Source of the DNA: Blastocladiella emersonii ATCC 22665
Lineage: Eukaryota > Fungi > Blastocladiomycota
NCBI GenBank assembly: GCA_025594325.1
Contig: JANHCV010000014.1
Span: forward strand, 1,178,001 to 1,242,000
Direction of reading: 5' to 3'
Length of the DNA stretch: 64,000 nt
Under the pieces are notes generated by a model, which saw only the letters and a program-made list of their open reading frames with translations, searched no databases and had not been told where the DNA came from. The first letter of the stretch is position 1, and every line of letters begins with the position of its first letter. A program made the position numbers and the translations under genes. Shown here piece after piece: positions 24,401 through 37,236 of the stretch.

Positions 24401-25966
24401 AATGCAACGTTAGCCCAATGTCGTGCCTGAGTGCAGTAATCAGAAGCGCACAGTACCTCGATATCGACGCCAGGCCGAACGTAGGCTCGTGTTGATGGTT
24501 TCTCGACGAGGGAGAGCAGCGCCATGGCAATGAACTCACTAGCATCCCGTGGACAGTCAAGGAGTCCAACACAGAGCGAGCGAACCCCGTCTGCATGAGC
24601 GAGAGCAGGGAGAATGGGCGAGAGTGCGAGCTCGCAAAGGGTTTGAATTGCAAGGAGGCGCAGCTTGTCCTCGGGGTGCTCCGAAATCGCGACCACAATG
24701 CGGACAAGACTCATGCGAAAGATGGTGCTCGATGCGGGGAGCTCGATCCAACGCCGGAGAAGCTTGAAGCACTGTTCCTTCTCGGGGAACCCCTTAGACT
24801 CGCGTGTGAGGGTCCTGTACAAATTGAGCGTGGCAAAAAGGTCAGGAACACCAGTTTACGCGGAGATTCGGGGGGAAAAGGTCGCAACGAACCGGAGCAC
24901 GTGGAGGTCAACGCGGTAATTGAGCATCATTTCGACGGCCGCAGTGCTGGTGCTGAGGTACCGGAAGCAGCGGTAAGCTGCTGCTCTCGTGACGCCGCTG
25001 GAAGACGAGAGGAACGGGAGAAGACTGGATTAACGAGATGGAGAAACAAGTAAGCACGTCTTGTTAGTGACCAGGGATGTGGGAGGCGAGATAGAGCAAC
25101 GTACGCGGCAAGCTTTTCGTCCATTGGCACGGCCATAGCCTGTCCGGGTGACTGGCGGTGCAGCCGAGCAAAATTGTCCAACGCCTCAAGCTGTGCCACT
25201 TCATTCGTTGGCTTTGCTGCTAGAGTCCCGATGACTTCCTGGATTGAAACATGTAGACCTAGGAGCAGTGAGGAGACGTGTCAATACATCGACCGACAAG
25301 GGGCCTGCACACGCAGCGGGCAACCGGTGACGTACGACGAAGCGCAGCCTTGTCCTCGTGATGGCGCGACCGGTGCGATTGCTGCTCGGGAGGCGCACTG
25401 CGCCTGCGATGAGGGTCAAGGTGATCTGCGCTGGGAACCTTTCGCAGGGCATGATGGTGGGCAGTCTCAAGAGTTTCGGAAGGCGTCGAGTCCGCACGGT
25501 TACGAACGCGACCCGCTACAAGGATTCATGCCAGTTAGCGCCCTGTATCGTGTTAGACGAAACCAGTTAGATTGACAGGTTACCGACGGGATTTTCCTTC
25601 AGCTGCTTGAGGTGCTCGTAGTAGTCGACCTGGGCGCTCAACTCAGCAATCCGCTGGTTGGTACGAGAGAGTTGCGCAAGCACGTCCTGCTGTGGGACCG
25701 TGGTTCCCTTGGTCCCCGAGTGGGATACCTGCAGCATGTTCTCGGCGCCGATCTTGATCTTGGTCTCAATCAGAAGCTCGTGGTTGAGCCCAGCAAGCTA
25801 GGTACAGTTTCGGGTCAGCGAATCGTCGTGAAGCCTGCTCGCGAATGGGCAGCAGCTGCGATCCAGAGCACTGGTCCCAAATTCACGAGTAAGAGAATTC
25901 GAGGGCACTTACAATCGCATCGTAATCGTTTGGGTCACGCTGTGCAGGCAACGGAGGCGGCGCCAT
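21476..25966 (-). CDS. RICTOR: Rictor (TORC2 subunit, Ste20/Avo3 type) with N-terminal HR1 domain; many introns
   Basis: HR1 (ELLIETKIKIGAENML), VTRAAAYRCFRYL, EKEQCFKLLR, KFFKRLCSFYRP, ATCHLG, QLYDPSVQV, LKAILWAIGHVG, VLSVRGTAFFALGLVAKT and LYLHVSTILSNLSYRFSARKII, read across exon ORFs. Confidence 0.93.
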
Positions 25967-26501
25967 GGCGGCGGAGACTGGCACGGATTGCACGGCGTGC
26001 TTTCGGCTTGAAAAGTGTGTGAAGCAAGTAATGGGCGGCTATTGCATGAAGTTACGTTGTTCGTTCATGGTTGAGCACACCGGTCGGGCGAGGAAAGGTG
26101 GGCCGTGTGGCGCGTCGCGGGCTCACCGAGCGGGGAAGCCGGCGGGCAAGCTCACGCTTTGACTTGTCCGCACATAAATATATTTCCACCAATCGATTAT
26201 GGCCAAAATATCAATTTTAATCTCACTTGTGAGGGCTACACCAATAATTGTTGGCGAAAGCGTAATCCTGCGGAATACTGGAATAGAGGGAACCATCAGC
26301 TGATCTCCCCGCCAGAGCTATCGGATCTTCGCCCCGCTCCACCTCCCGGAGAGGCTGGCCGTCCGACGACCCTCGCTCGTCGTCATCGTCTCCCAGGCCG
26401 GCTCCCTGTCTTGCAACACTACGCCGACTACCTGCAACGCGTCCTACACGATGCCCACGCGCGGTTTAGTGCCCCTGCGCACGGCCCGCCCGACGACGAG
26501 C

Positions 26502-29418
26502 ATGACCAACCCCGACGCAGCCGTACTCGTACCAGAGGATGAGCCCATGACCGAGGCCGAGCTTGTGGGTTCCGATTTCCCGGTGGCCGCACGCGCCGGG
26601 CCTGCGGGTAGCGAGGTCAACGGCCATGCCTGGACCAGCGATCGTGACGCCGACCCCGACGCAGCTGGGCCCATCGCCGACTTGGCGGCTGGCGATCGTG
26701 CCTCGGCCGTTGACCGAGACCTTGCGATTCGCTTCGCCGAGGCGGTCCAAGGTCGGACGGCCGATTACTTTGGCGAGAACGGCATGCTCGTCACTTATGC
26801 GACCATCTGTGACGCAGTGTACGCGATCCTCTTCTCACCCCGGCCCTGCGTCCCAGACCTGTGTTAACACCTCTTCGACGAGCTTCTAGTTCGACCGATT
26901 TCGCGGAAACCGACACGCGTCACAGTTCGGACGTGGGGGTCCAGGACTCGGTATCCCTCGTTCGCACGGAGGCCCTTTCGTGGCGCCTCCTCCACATGTT
27001 CCTCAGGTACATCATCTCTTTGTCTCTGAACTCGTTGTTTATCTTTTGCCAATGCTGACGACTTGTACCCCGACCCCACGTGTCTGTAGCCGCCACCACC
27101 TCCCTAACCTCGCAGCCGACGCCAACTCTCTCTCCGTCAATGCGCCTTTTCTTTCGGATTTCGCACTGGAGCGTGCGCTGGTAGCCAGTGACAAATCCCT
27201 TCTTGATCTCAAAGTACGTGAAATGCGCCACGCTGCCTACGGAAACCCGAATCTCACCCTCGCACCTTGCTCTAGCTTGTGATTCGATGGCTCGAGGACC
27301 ATTTTTCGCTGCATTCGGGGAAGTCTCAGCACAGCGAGCTGCTCAAGTCTCACCACCGTTCTCCGCTTGACGATCTCTTTCTCAGTGCGCCGAATTCTTC
27401 CTCGCCCGTCACCACGACTCCTCGCGTGGCTATCAAGTCTGATCTCTCATTTTTCAACGCCCTGCTCTTGCTTCTGCGCTCTGGCCGAACTGAGGAGGCC
27501 ATGGAGTACGCTCGACTTTGTGAGCGCCCAGGCGTCGTCGCAATTCTTGCTGGCAGATCTCGTCATCATCCCGAGGCAAATGGTACGAGATAAGCCACAG
27601 GAGAAAGTTTTCAGCATGTCCACTCACCTACCTTCAAACTGCATGTAATAGGAGAGTGGTCTAAGCTTGGCCGAGTGACTGGAAACGTCAATTTCCGGCA
27701 GTGGCGTGAGACGGTCATGCTCTTGGCCAAAAACGAGATCCTCTCGGTTCCAGAGCGGGCGGTCTATGCTCTCCTCTCGGGCTACTTACCCGGCCTCCTT
27801 CCTGCTTGCAACTCGTACGAGGACGCCCTCCACGCGTTTGTCACTTGTGTCTATGCCGCCAAGCTCAACCGTTGCCTTCCCAACGACGCCGCCTTGTTCT
27901 TCGAGCACTTGAAGATTTCAAATCACATCAAGTCGAATGCTCATGCTAGCACGGTCGAGAGTGGACATGACGTCTCGCTCCAGTCGTCCCTCGCGTCCAT
28001 GGATCTTCACCACGTGTTTCTTGCGCTGCAAAATGGGGTTGCATGGCTTAACATCCCTGCCCACATCAAAGCCCAAGCGCAGTCGTTCCACGCTGGCGTC
28101 CACGCTCGCATCGTCACACAGTCGCTTCCCGAACTCGTGACTTGGCTTGCTGACCGCGCCTCGCGCGAAAAGCTAACGATGAGCCAAACCCGGTTTGCCG
28201 CTCACGCGCTTCTCGCAATCCATGTGACACGTTCAGCCGCCCGTAGTTCTCTTATGGACCCCATGGACCGCATCGTTCGATTCTACATGCGCCAGCTGCT
28301 TGCGGTTCGCGGCCTAGACCAAGCCGTCCCCGTGTACGCCCTTGCCATTCCGCAAGAGTCCCGTGCCGACGTTTACGCGGCGGTTCTTGCAAAAATCCAT
28401 CAGCATTCATGGCCGGCGTGCATCGAACGCGCCAAGCAGCTCGGCCTTGATGTTCCCGCCATCGCCGTTGCGGTCGCTGACGTCCTCTGCACCCACTTCG
28501 GCCCCGACCAGCGCAACTCGGCAAGCACCGTAACGGATGATGAGCGGGAGGAAACCGCGGATAAGCTTTTTCACGCGGTTGACCTCCTCCATCGGAGTCA
28601 CTTGCTTGTGAACGGCGGACTTGGAAACGAGGATGTCGTGGTACCTGCGATCAATCGCATACTTCGGCTTCTGCTCTGTACGCATTTCATGGCCACTCGG
28701 CCTCGAGCATTTTCCAACTCACTGACTCGATTTTCCTTAGCACGCGCAATGTGGGATCACGCACATCGGGCGGCGCAGCTGCTTGCTCCCCTTGCCGAAA
28801 GGGCGACATCGGTCTCCACTCCCAGCCTCGGTGTTTGGAAGGAGCTCATGGACTACACCAAGTTCCTTACATTTTTCCGCGGCGGGCTTGATCGTATCCA
28901 CGTACGTGTTACTTCGACTGGAAATTGCCAGGAAGCTGATCTAACCTGCGCGCGTCCACGCTCAGACGGACAACGGAGCCCATGATTCGCTGGCCCTGGG
29001 CCTCGGGCTACTTGATGGCCAATGGCTACGCCGTGATCGCAGCGACACCGAAGTTGCAGACCTTTACAAATTCCTCGCACCCAAGGTGATGAGCAAGCTC
29101 GCCACGATCATTGCAGACACGGGGTACGTCGCGACTACCACTCACCCGCCATCGCCTACATTTCAATTGGGTCACGCACCAGGAACGCTTACAATTTCCT
29201 GTCGTCGCATTAGGAACATCCGTGAGTCCCGATTCTTTGTCGCAACCATGGCAGCTCACGCGCCCCTGCTCGCCGAATCGACGGTAACCCCATTTGGGCT
29301 CTCTGGTTCCGCTAAGCTTGTCGCTTCGAGTGTCTTGGATCATGACCTGCGAATCTACCGTGACTTTGGAGCCCTCTTCGCCCAGCCAGGCTCCGCCCGC
29401 TTACCCGACGCGTCCTGA
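26502..29418 (+). CDS. NUP107: Nucleoporin Nup107/Nup84; multi-exon, start uncertain
   Basis: EALSWRLLHMF, VIRWLED, LLRSGRTEEAMEYAR and GNVNFRQWRET...PERAVYALLSGYLPGLLPACNSYEDALHAF match Nup84/107 motifs. C-terminal IYRDFGALF. Confidence 0.85.
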
Positions 29419-30087
29419 GTATGAGGCATGGTCATCTGACATGTTCTTTGTATTTGAATTGAATCTGTTAGTTTCCAACAACGAGAGGCGCCGCCCGTGT
29501 ACACGTCCCATACAAAGCCTGCACCATAAACCAGCTGGGAAGGATGAAACGTCGCTGGACTGACAGCAGCCCCCGAAGTCAGGCCACTCACTCATTGGAC
29601 ACGTTAAGTCTATGTAAGTCAGTCGCCCCGGCCACCACGCACCACCTACCGCATACCGGTAACTCGAGGCGCTCACGTATCGGCGCAATTCGAGGGAAAG
29701 CAGTACGCGTGGACTTCCATCGCGGAAAGCGCTCTAGGAGAACTGCCAATAATTTGGCCTCGAGTTGTTGCTGGCGACCACGCAGTTGACTGGAGCAACT
29801 GGGAGCACCAACAACAGCGCCTCATTAACTCCAGTACGACTACCGCGATTTTACGTTGGTCCTGTGATGCGCTCAAACCCTTGCTCAAATCGCGCGTGGG
29901 CCTCGACATCCCTACTCTCATTGTGCCTGCGGCACAATTTGGTCGCGCTCAAGCTCGTGCACAGCCTGCTGCTATCGGAAAGAAAAACCTATGACTTGAT
30001 GTTGACGGGCACGTTGGCTTGCTGATCACGGCTGGGCCAATACTGCCGTCGCGCAGGTCGGTCCGCTCGCCGTTCTGATCGCCTGGT

Positions 30088-30932
30088 ATGGGCCGGCTGC
30101 TATGCAGGGCCCTCTCACGCGCCACGCCCCTGTCGTACTTGAAGGCATGCTTGGGCAACACTGGAGCGACTGTACAAAGTGTGTCCTTTCGTGGTTCCAA
30201 TATTGTCTGTCTGTCCTCAATCACTCCTACCGCGTTTGCTGTTATCCTCGAACACGGCTTGCTTGACACCGACTGCTGTGAGTGGGTGAGTCTCGTCCTC
30301 GCGGGAGCCTTGCAGAATGGTTTTGGGTGCTTCAAACTGATTCGCGCGCGCCTTGGCAAGGAGAGATGCTCGCAACAGTTACCAAGTGTGCCGTAATCAT
30401 GGCTGGCACCCTTGCACTCGCTGCTAGTTACTGCGTAAGTTTACACCGTCACTCAGACGAAAATGTAGCGATTCGCCGCTTGCTTGCAAAGCCACGATTT
30501 GACCCATTCGAAGTCACATCCTTTATTGCCTCAACTATTCCTCAGGAGCTCGTCCGCTTTGCGCGCGACTTGGCACTCGACAATTTCGTGGACGGGTTTG
30601 CTGATTCCATCCTCAACTGCCCGAACGCGAACGGAGACTCGCCAATGCTTGCGCTCAAGCGGTTCCTTGGTCAGGGCGTATTCGCCGACTCAATCGACGT
30701 TCTCACCTTCACCAGCAAGGTCCTGCAGCGTGTCGGATACGAGACTGACAGCCTGCCCGCCAGCTGCTCGAACGCGAGAATGGTTGAGTCAACCATTCTC
30801 GCGTTCGTTGCCACCACGGTTATCAGCTCAACCGCGACGCGTACCATGGAGCGCGACCGCGGCGTTCCTGGCGGGGTCTTTGAGCAACCTCATGCACTCG
30901 CCTCCAACTCGGCAAACGCTGAAGGAAGCTGA
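30088..30932 (+). CDS. Hypothetical protein (spliced; boundaries uncertain)
   Basis: Overlapping ORFs 30088-30396 and 30282-30932 with protein-like composition and GTGAG/GTAAG donor sites; no recognisable motif. Confidence 0.35.
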
Positions 30933-31402
30933 ATTGTTGACGAGTACTCGCGCACCTAATGAATTGACTAACTGACTTTTCTTTGGGTGCATTCCAGGTC
31001 TAGAACTGCCGTCACACCCGTGCACGCCGCGGCAAGTACCGTACTGCGACTGTTCCAATCTTGGCCCGCTTTGTGGGACAGCGAAACTCATGAAAAGGAC
31101 AGTTTGGAGCGCTGGCGGGCGGGAGCGCAAACAAACCTGTCCATCCCAAGTTGTGCCCTGACCGACGCCTGCAGGATGCTTTGAGAACTAACTAGGTGGC
31201 AACCATGTAGTAAGCAAGCAATCCTAAACAAAGTGTATTCGAGTCTCATCATTGCAACAGTGGTCTTCAGCGCCTCCATGTCCCCTCCCCCCTTCTATCC
31301 ATACAAAGTCGCCCGTCATTGCCTGTTCTTTTTTTTTTTACCCGGAGCCATAACCTTGAGCCACGCGCACACGCATGCGCGCCCGATACGGCTGCTTGTC
31401 GA

Positions 31403-34365
31403 TTACATCGGCAGGACCCCACTGTTTCGCATGTGGTCGCGGAGGATGTACAGGTCGTCGACCACGGCCTGCCCGCAATGCGCGGTGACGTGCTGGAGGA
31501 GCATGAGTCGCGGTTGATCGCGGGCGTGCTCGTGGGCGGTTCCTGCAGTGATGGCGTCCTCTAGGGCCATTTCCGACTGACACAACGCCAAGAACCCGGC
31601 AAGGGCAGCCGCGGCCGCACTGAGGCACCCGCACGGTTGCCGAAGCCACCCGTTCGTGCGGAGCGTGTGCGCAAGGTCCGCGCGGAGACTGCGCGGACGT
31701 GAGCGCGACGCTGCACCTGCAGAACCCGGTGCCGCGAAACACGTGAGGACAAGTACACGCTTTTTCTCAGGCGCTTCGATGTAGCTGGCGAGGTCGCGCG
31801 TCGCCTGCGGAGCCATGAAGCGGAACGCGTTGCCCGTGTTGTGAACGAGGACCTGCACGGAGAACAAGAACGACGGCTGCTGGAGCAGCGGGCAACCGCT
31901 TGGACACATTTCGTAATGCTGGTGGCCAGGCGTGATGGACCCAATGCGCGGCATTGGCACCGGCGTGCGCATCCCGTCGATTCCGTAGCACGCCGAGACC
32001 ACGCTTGACAGCAGCAGTGGGAACGCGCCGTCGTCCTGGTCGCCGGTCCGCCAGCCATCAATCTCGGCGAGCATCGCGTGCCATCGATTCGGGTACAGGT
32101 GCGCAGCGCCGACGACCATTATTACAGCCCAAGCTAGCGACTTGTTGGCAAGGAGCGCGTTCCCAATCTCGCGCTTGGCGTTGGCAACACGTGCACGACG
32201 GTCGGCGGACTGTTCCGATGCGCGGATCGCGGCGCGCTCGGCGGAGGCGGGACCTGCAATGTCGTGACCGTCGCCAGCTCCCTCCTCCAAGTGGTCCTCA
32301 TCGCCGTCGTCGCTAGTAGAGTCAGCCGCTGCAACAGCTCCCACCAGCGCCGCCGTATTAGCCGCGGCTGCGAAGTCGGCCATGGCTGCGGGATCCCGAA
32401 ATATCGAGAGCGCAAGGAGGACGAGGACAAAGGGGCCGACCCGCGGGCCCGCGAGCGAAGCCTCCGTCAGCAGATAGTCGTGGACCTCGGAGAAATTGAG
32501 CGTGAACGGCTCCGGGGGCGCGAAGAGAGCAGCTAGCCGCCTTGACAGGTCCACGAGGGAGCAATCTGCCGCCGTCGGCCGCGCCCGTGCAAAAACGGCC
32601 ACACATTCGGGGGCGCCGAGCATGCGGCCAACAAACTGGAAGGCGCGCTGCGCAATGAACGGGTACTTGGACGCGGAGAGGATTGCCATCCGGAGAACTG
32701 TATAACGTGAGCGTCGGCGATGGCCAGGGATGTGCGGGCGAGTGCGGACGCGAGCGAGTGAGTTACAATGGAGAACCCACATGGCAGTGTACACGTACGT
32801 TTGAGCATAATCTCGCCGACCTGGTCCACGTCGGTGATGCGCCGCATCCACGACGCCCTCATAATGCGGTGTCGGAGCGGCGAGGGCCGTCCGTCGGGGC
32901 TCTGGGCACTGAGAACGACCCAGATCGCGCCCGGTGCTGACTGCGGGCCGATCACGGCAAGACACGGCGCGCTGGCATTTTGCTGGAGGCGGTACTGACG
33001 AAGCTGGGCTTCCGCAAGGGTGAAGAGGCGCTGGAGGTGCGTGATGTCCGTGGCCATAGCCGTGTCGACCTTGACATGATCTTTGGGCGAAAGCTCGGAG
33101 AGAAACACGGAAAGGGCGGGATATTTTTCAAGAAACGAGGTAAGGGAGTCGGATCCGGGCGCGGCAGCGAGGGCGGTGGCGATGGCGGCAACCACGGACA
33201 TGCTCATGGGCTCAACGACTTCCGCAACGGGATTCGGCACCCACGTGCCGGTCGCGAGAAGATGCTCGGCAGCTTCAAGAACGGCCGTGGGCGAGGGCCG
33301 GGCCGTGGCAATGCGCCGTGCAATCGGAATCGCAAAGCGGCTAGCCGAGAGTATGTCCCGGCACAGGCTCACAAGGTCGACTCGCACTAAAGCTGGCAGG
33401 CGCGGTGTGGTCGCGAGCGTCATCATGGCGGTCCGGTTGCACCCGGCGCCAGCGAGCAGACCCAGAAAGGACATCAGCGAGATGGCATGCGGGGCAAGAT
33501 TCGCTACCGGCGCCAACCCGGGCCCAAGCCCGTGAGCACGAAGCCTCTCCTCGTTCACGTACGCTTCCGGGGTGAGCGTCGTGACCCACTTCAGTACTAG
33601 ATTAAAGCATCTTGGCAAGATCTCGTACGTCACCCCGAGGAGCCCGTCGAGGAGCGCGCTTGTCCGATCCGCCAAGGCGCAAGTGGCGAGCAAGGTCGTG
33701 TGTAGCACCAAGCCCATGAGCTCGCGCGCCGGTAAAGGTGGCGGCGGCGGGATGTTGCCAAAGTCGCACGGATGGTCTATGTCCATGAGCTCCTTGCACT
33801 TGCTGCACGTACATGCCACGGCGCTAGGGCGAAAATCGGCCGGGTAGTCGAGATTAATGAGAGGTCGGTCGCGGCCGATAGCCGAGACTTGCGCCGCAGC
33901 CCAAAGGATTGCTGCGGCGAGCTCGTACTGAAGCCGGTTGCACAGGGCGGCCTCGGCCATGGCGTCCTGCAGCAGCTGGTCTCGCAGCCAATGAGGTGCC
34001 AGGCGGCTGAGGTCGGCGAACCGCTGCCGAGCTGACTGCTGTTGTTGCTGCTGGTCGTAGTCGATGGCGGGCGCGGGGTTGCTGACAGCGGCCATGAAAT
34101 TCTCGGCGACCTTGAGGACGTGCCAGACGACCAGTTCGCCGTCCGTACTGGCCGTGACCCCAGCTGCGCGAGCTGCGGAGACGGCCTCCGTGTAGAGCGC
34201 CTGCATCGCGTCGCGATACATGACGTCGTTGATGGCGGCGGGCGCTGTGGTCATGGCGGCGCTGGAAAACGTGCTTGCTGCCAAACCCGAGGGTGCCGTC
34301 AAAGTCAAAGGTGTCGTCGCCGCGCCCAGAGCCGATGCCGTCGTGGGTACCGACATCCCGTCCAT
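31403..34365 (-). CDS. Large hypothetical helical protein (about 950 aa, one intron about 32700-32800), possible TPR-like helix and Cys cluster
   Basis: ORFs 32533-34365 and 31403-32965 join through a GTACGT...CAG intron. Contains CTCSKC and AKREIGNALLANK segments. Confidence 0.6.
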
Positions 34366-37236
34366 GATGCTTCTACGGCGCGTGAGAGCGCGCGCGCGCG
34401 AGAGAGAGTCACCATGTTACCATGTCGAGGCAGAAAACGTCCGCCGTCGCTCGGGGACGAGAGGGTTCGCGCGCGCACTCCGACGGGTCGACGGGTCGGG
34501 GAGCAAGCCAATATCCTTTGACAAACCCGTTGCGGTTCGTTGCTTAGTGTAGCAGGGTGCGCCGGCAATGCAAGTACTTGGGTGGATGGTGGAGTGCTCT
34601 ATCGTTGCGTCCGAGCAAGGGCATGGAGGAAGGAGGGCGCGTGCGCTGAGTTGGCAGAGCGGTTGCCGCGGGTTGGGTCGCGTCGCGTCGCGCCGCGTTT
34701 CTGCCGGCACACGTGAGAAACGCGTGCGTGTCTCCCATGCACGTCTCCAGGTCGGTAATTGGTCGCACGCTTCCTTCAATTTCTCCGATCTCGCTGGCGG
34801 CCGCGTGCGACCCTGTCCATTGGGGCGAGGGAGGAGTGATGTACTGCAGTAATATAGTATATAGGATCAAACCGAGCGAGGAAGCAAGCCGCGAGGAATT
34901 AGTGGAAGCAACACAACACGGTGCCCGACGCCGTCGTTTGAAACCCGTGGCACTCGAGGAGCTAGTTGGCGGCAGGCGAGAAGATTGCAGGTGCCACGCT
35001 AGGACGTCAAGCAAGTTGAATGTATCGCAAGGGAACTCGGCCGGCGATCTGGTCGAGTTGGGCCAGGCATCGCGAGCGCCGCAGTGACAGCGCGAGGCCG
35101 GATTCGTCGTGGACGGGCACCGAAAGCGAGAGCAGCAGGCTTCCTAAGTAATTTTGACCCGGCGAACTGCATCGCGTGAGCACAATGCCGCGACGAGCGG
35201 ACTACGGGTGCCCATGATCACAGCGGATGCCGAGGTCCACAGGATCCCAGTGGGGCCGTGCGGCGGTGCCGAGACCGACGACGGTGTCTAGCTCCAGTGG
35301 AGACCCCATGCATTTGGAACACGATAGCGACGATCGTGGCTGCGACCACGCCGACTGCGATAGCGATGGCGACTCCAAGGACGACGGCGGGCCGTGGCTC
35401 CGCTGCCGTCCGCGCCGCCCGCGCCGTCGGCCGTCCCCGCTGTCGACACGCAACTCACCTCCCGGCTTGCCCGCTAGCTCGCCCGCCCTACCTCCCGCCC
35501 GGACGGCCTTCCTGGAGCCGCGCGCCCGCTGGTCGTCGCCGCGTCACGGGCGCGCGCCCTCAGCCTGCTTCGGTCTCGGTTCGGCGCCGTTCTCAGCTTC
35601 GGGCCGACCGCATGCGCCGTGGCAGCGGTCGCCATCGCCTCCCGACCTCCCGTGGCGTGCGCGTCCCGCGTCCCGCGACCCGCACGAGCTGGGCGCGCGC
35701 CGCGTCTCGTGCGCTGGCTTCGCCGCCCACCAACGCACGCCCGCATCCATCCTCGGCGCCCAGCCTGGCGTGCCGGCCCGGTACCCGATGCTGCTGCTGC
35801 TGCTGCTGCGGCGACACCGGCTCGCCACGCGCGTCCATGCCCGTGGTCCGCTTCTCCACCGCTCGCCCAGGCCGGATCAGGAACGGCCACGGCTGCACCG
35901 GTCGGCATGCTCGGGCCACACCGTCGTCGTGCGCTACCCTATTGTGACTTTGTCTATTATAGCCCCTCTCTCGACTCGATCAACGTACTACTCGATTGAG
36001 CCGCCTGCCTGTCTACGTCCTATCCTGCTTCTTCGACGGCGGCTGCATCGGGGGGACCGCCCAGTTGGCGTCGGCGTCAGTTGCAATCATCAGCCGCGCA
36101 CGCACACCGACCATCGGGCTCGCCATCCGGCTCGCAGTCCCCCATGGCCGATTCTGGCGCAACTGACGTCAGGTCGACGGCAATCCATTCTCGAGTCACG
36201 CGCCTTGGCCGCGATCGCGAGTGCGAGACACGCACGGGTCGCAAACCGACTGTGGCGCCGCTGAGCGTAACGCGACGATTCCCATCGCCCGCCTCGCCCC
36301 GGCGGCCGTGCTCCGAGCCCGCCGGGAGGGACCCCCAGCTCTCCTCTCATCTCGGTTGCCGCCGCCGACGACGACGACGACTTAACGACAAAGGTCGCTC
36401 CGACTTCCCGCGCATTCGTCACCCGTTAGAACCCGCCACACACAGACACACACGCGCCGTTGCTCCCCATGAATTCCATCAGCGCCGCGCGCCGCGTCCC
36501 CTTTTCGATCATCGAGCAGATTCTCGTCCGCGCCGTCTACCTGCACCGCGGCCGCGAGTGCGACGACCTGCACACGCTCGCGCAGTACGCCCGCGTCCAC
36601 CGCTTCGAATGGATCCCAAGCGTGCAACGCGCCATCCTCCATCTCGCACCTCGTCTTGCCTTGGACGCCGCGGCCAAGGTCGGGAACGTGGCGGCTTTGG
36701 AACGCCGCGTCGCGTGCCACCTCGAGGTGCCGTCGCCGACCATCACCCAGGTCCTGGCCGCAGTGGACGCTCGCCACCTCGCACTCCTCGAGTTCTGGCT
36801 CCGTCGAGGCGGGTCGGTGCGCGAGCACCTCCTCACGCAGGCGCAGAATCTCTGTTTGACGCGCATTGAGGACATGCTTGGAAAGTTGTTCAAGGGCATG
36901 TACAACGGGGACGGCTTCTTGAATATGCCCGGGGTGCGCGTCTCCATCAACTATACCTTCCTTGCTCTGACCCGTTCGCTCACCCATCCCTTTTTACTCT
37001 TTCAGATCACAGGCAGCACCGCCAATACGGGCCTACGCCTCGCGGAGGTCTACCGCAAGGCCGTGTCCGAGGGCGCGACCAGCGTTGTATTTCGCTCGCT
37101 GTTCGCCAGCCACGACGACGTGGCCGAGCTCAACCAGGCCGTGCTCGAGACCGCGGCCAGCGCGACACAGCACGCCTCGCTCGACACGGTAATTTTCGAC
37201 CGCTGCGCGCTCGACCTGCCCCGCGTGTGCGCCCTC

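Noticed and set aside
35202-36422. ORFs 35227-36264 and overlapping frames
   Set aside because: Low-complexity Arg/Pro/Ala ORFs occur in several frames with no motif, as expected at this GC content; a real gene cannot be excluded.
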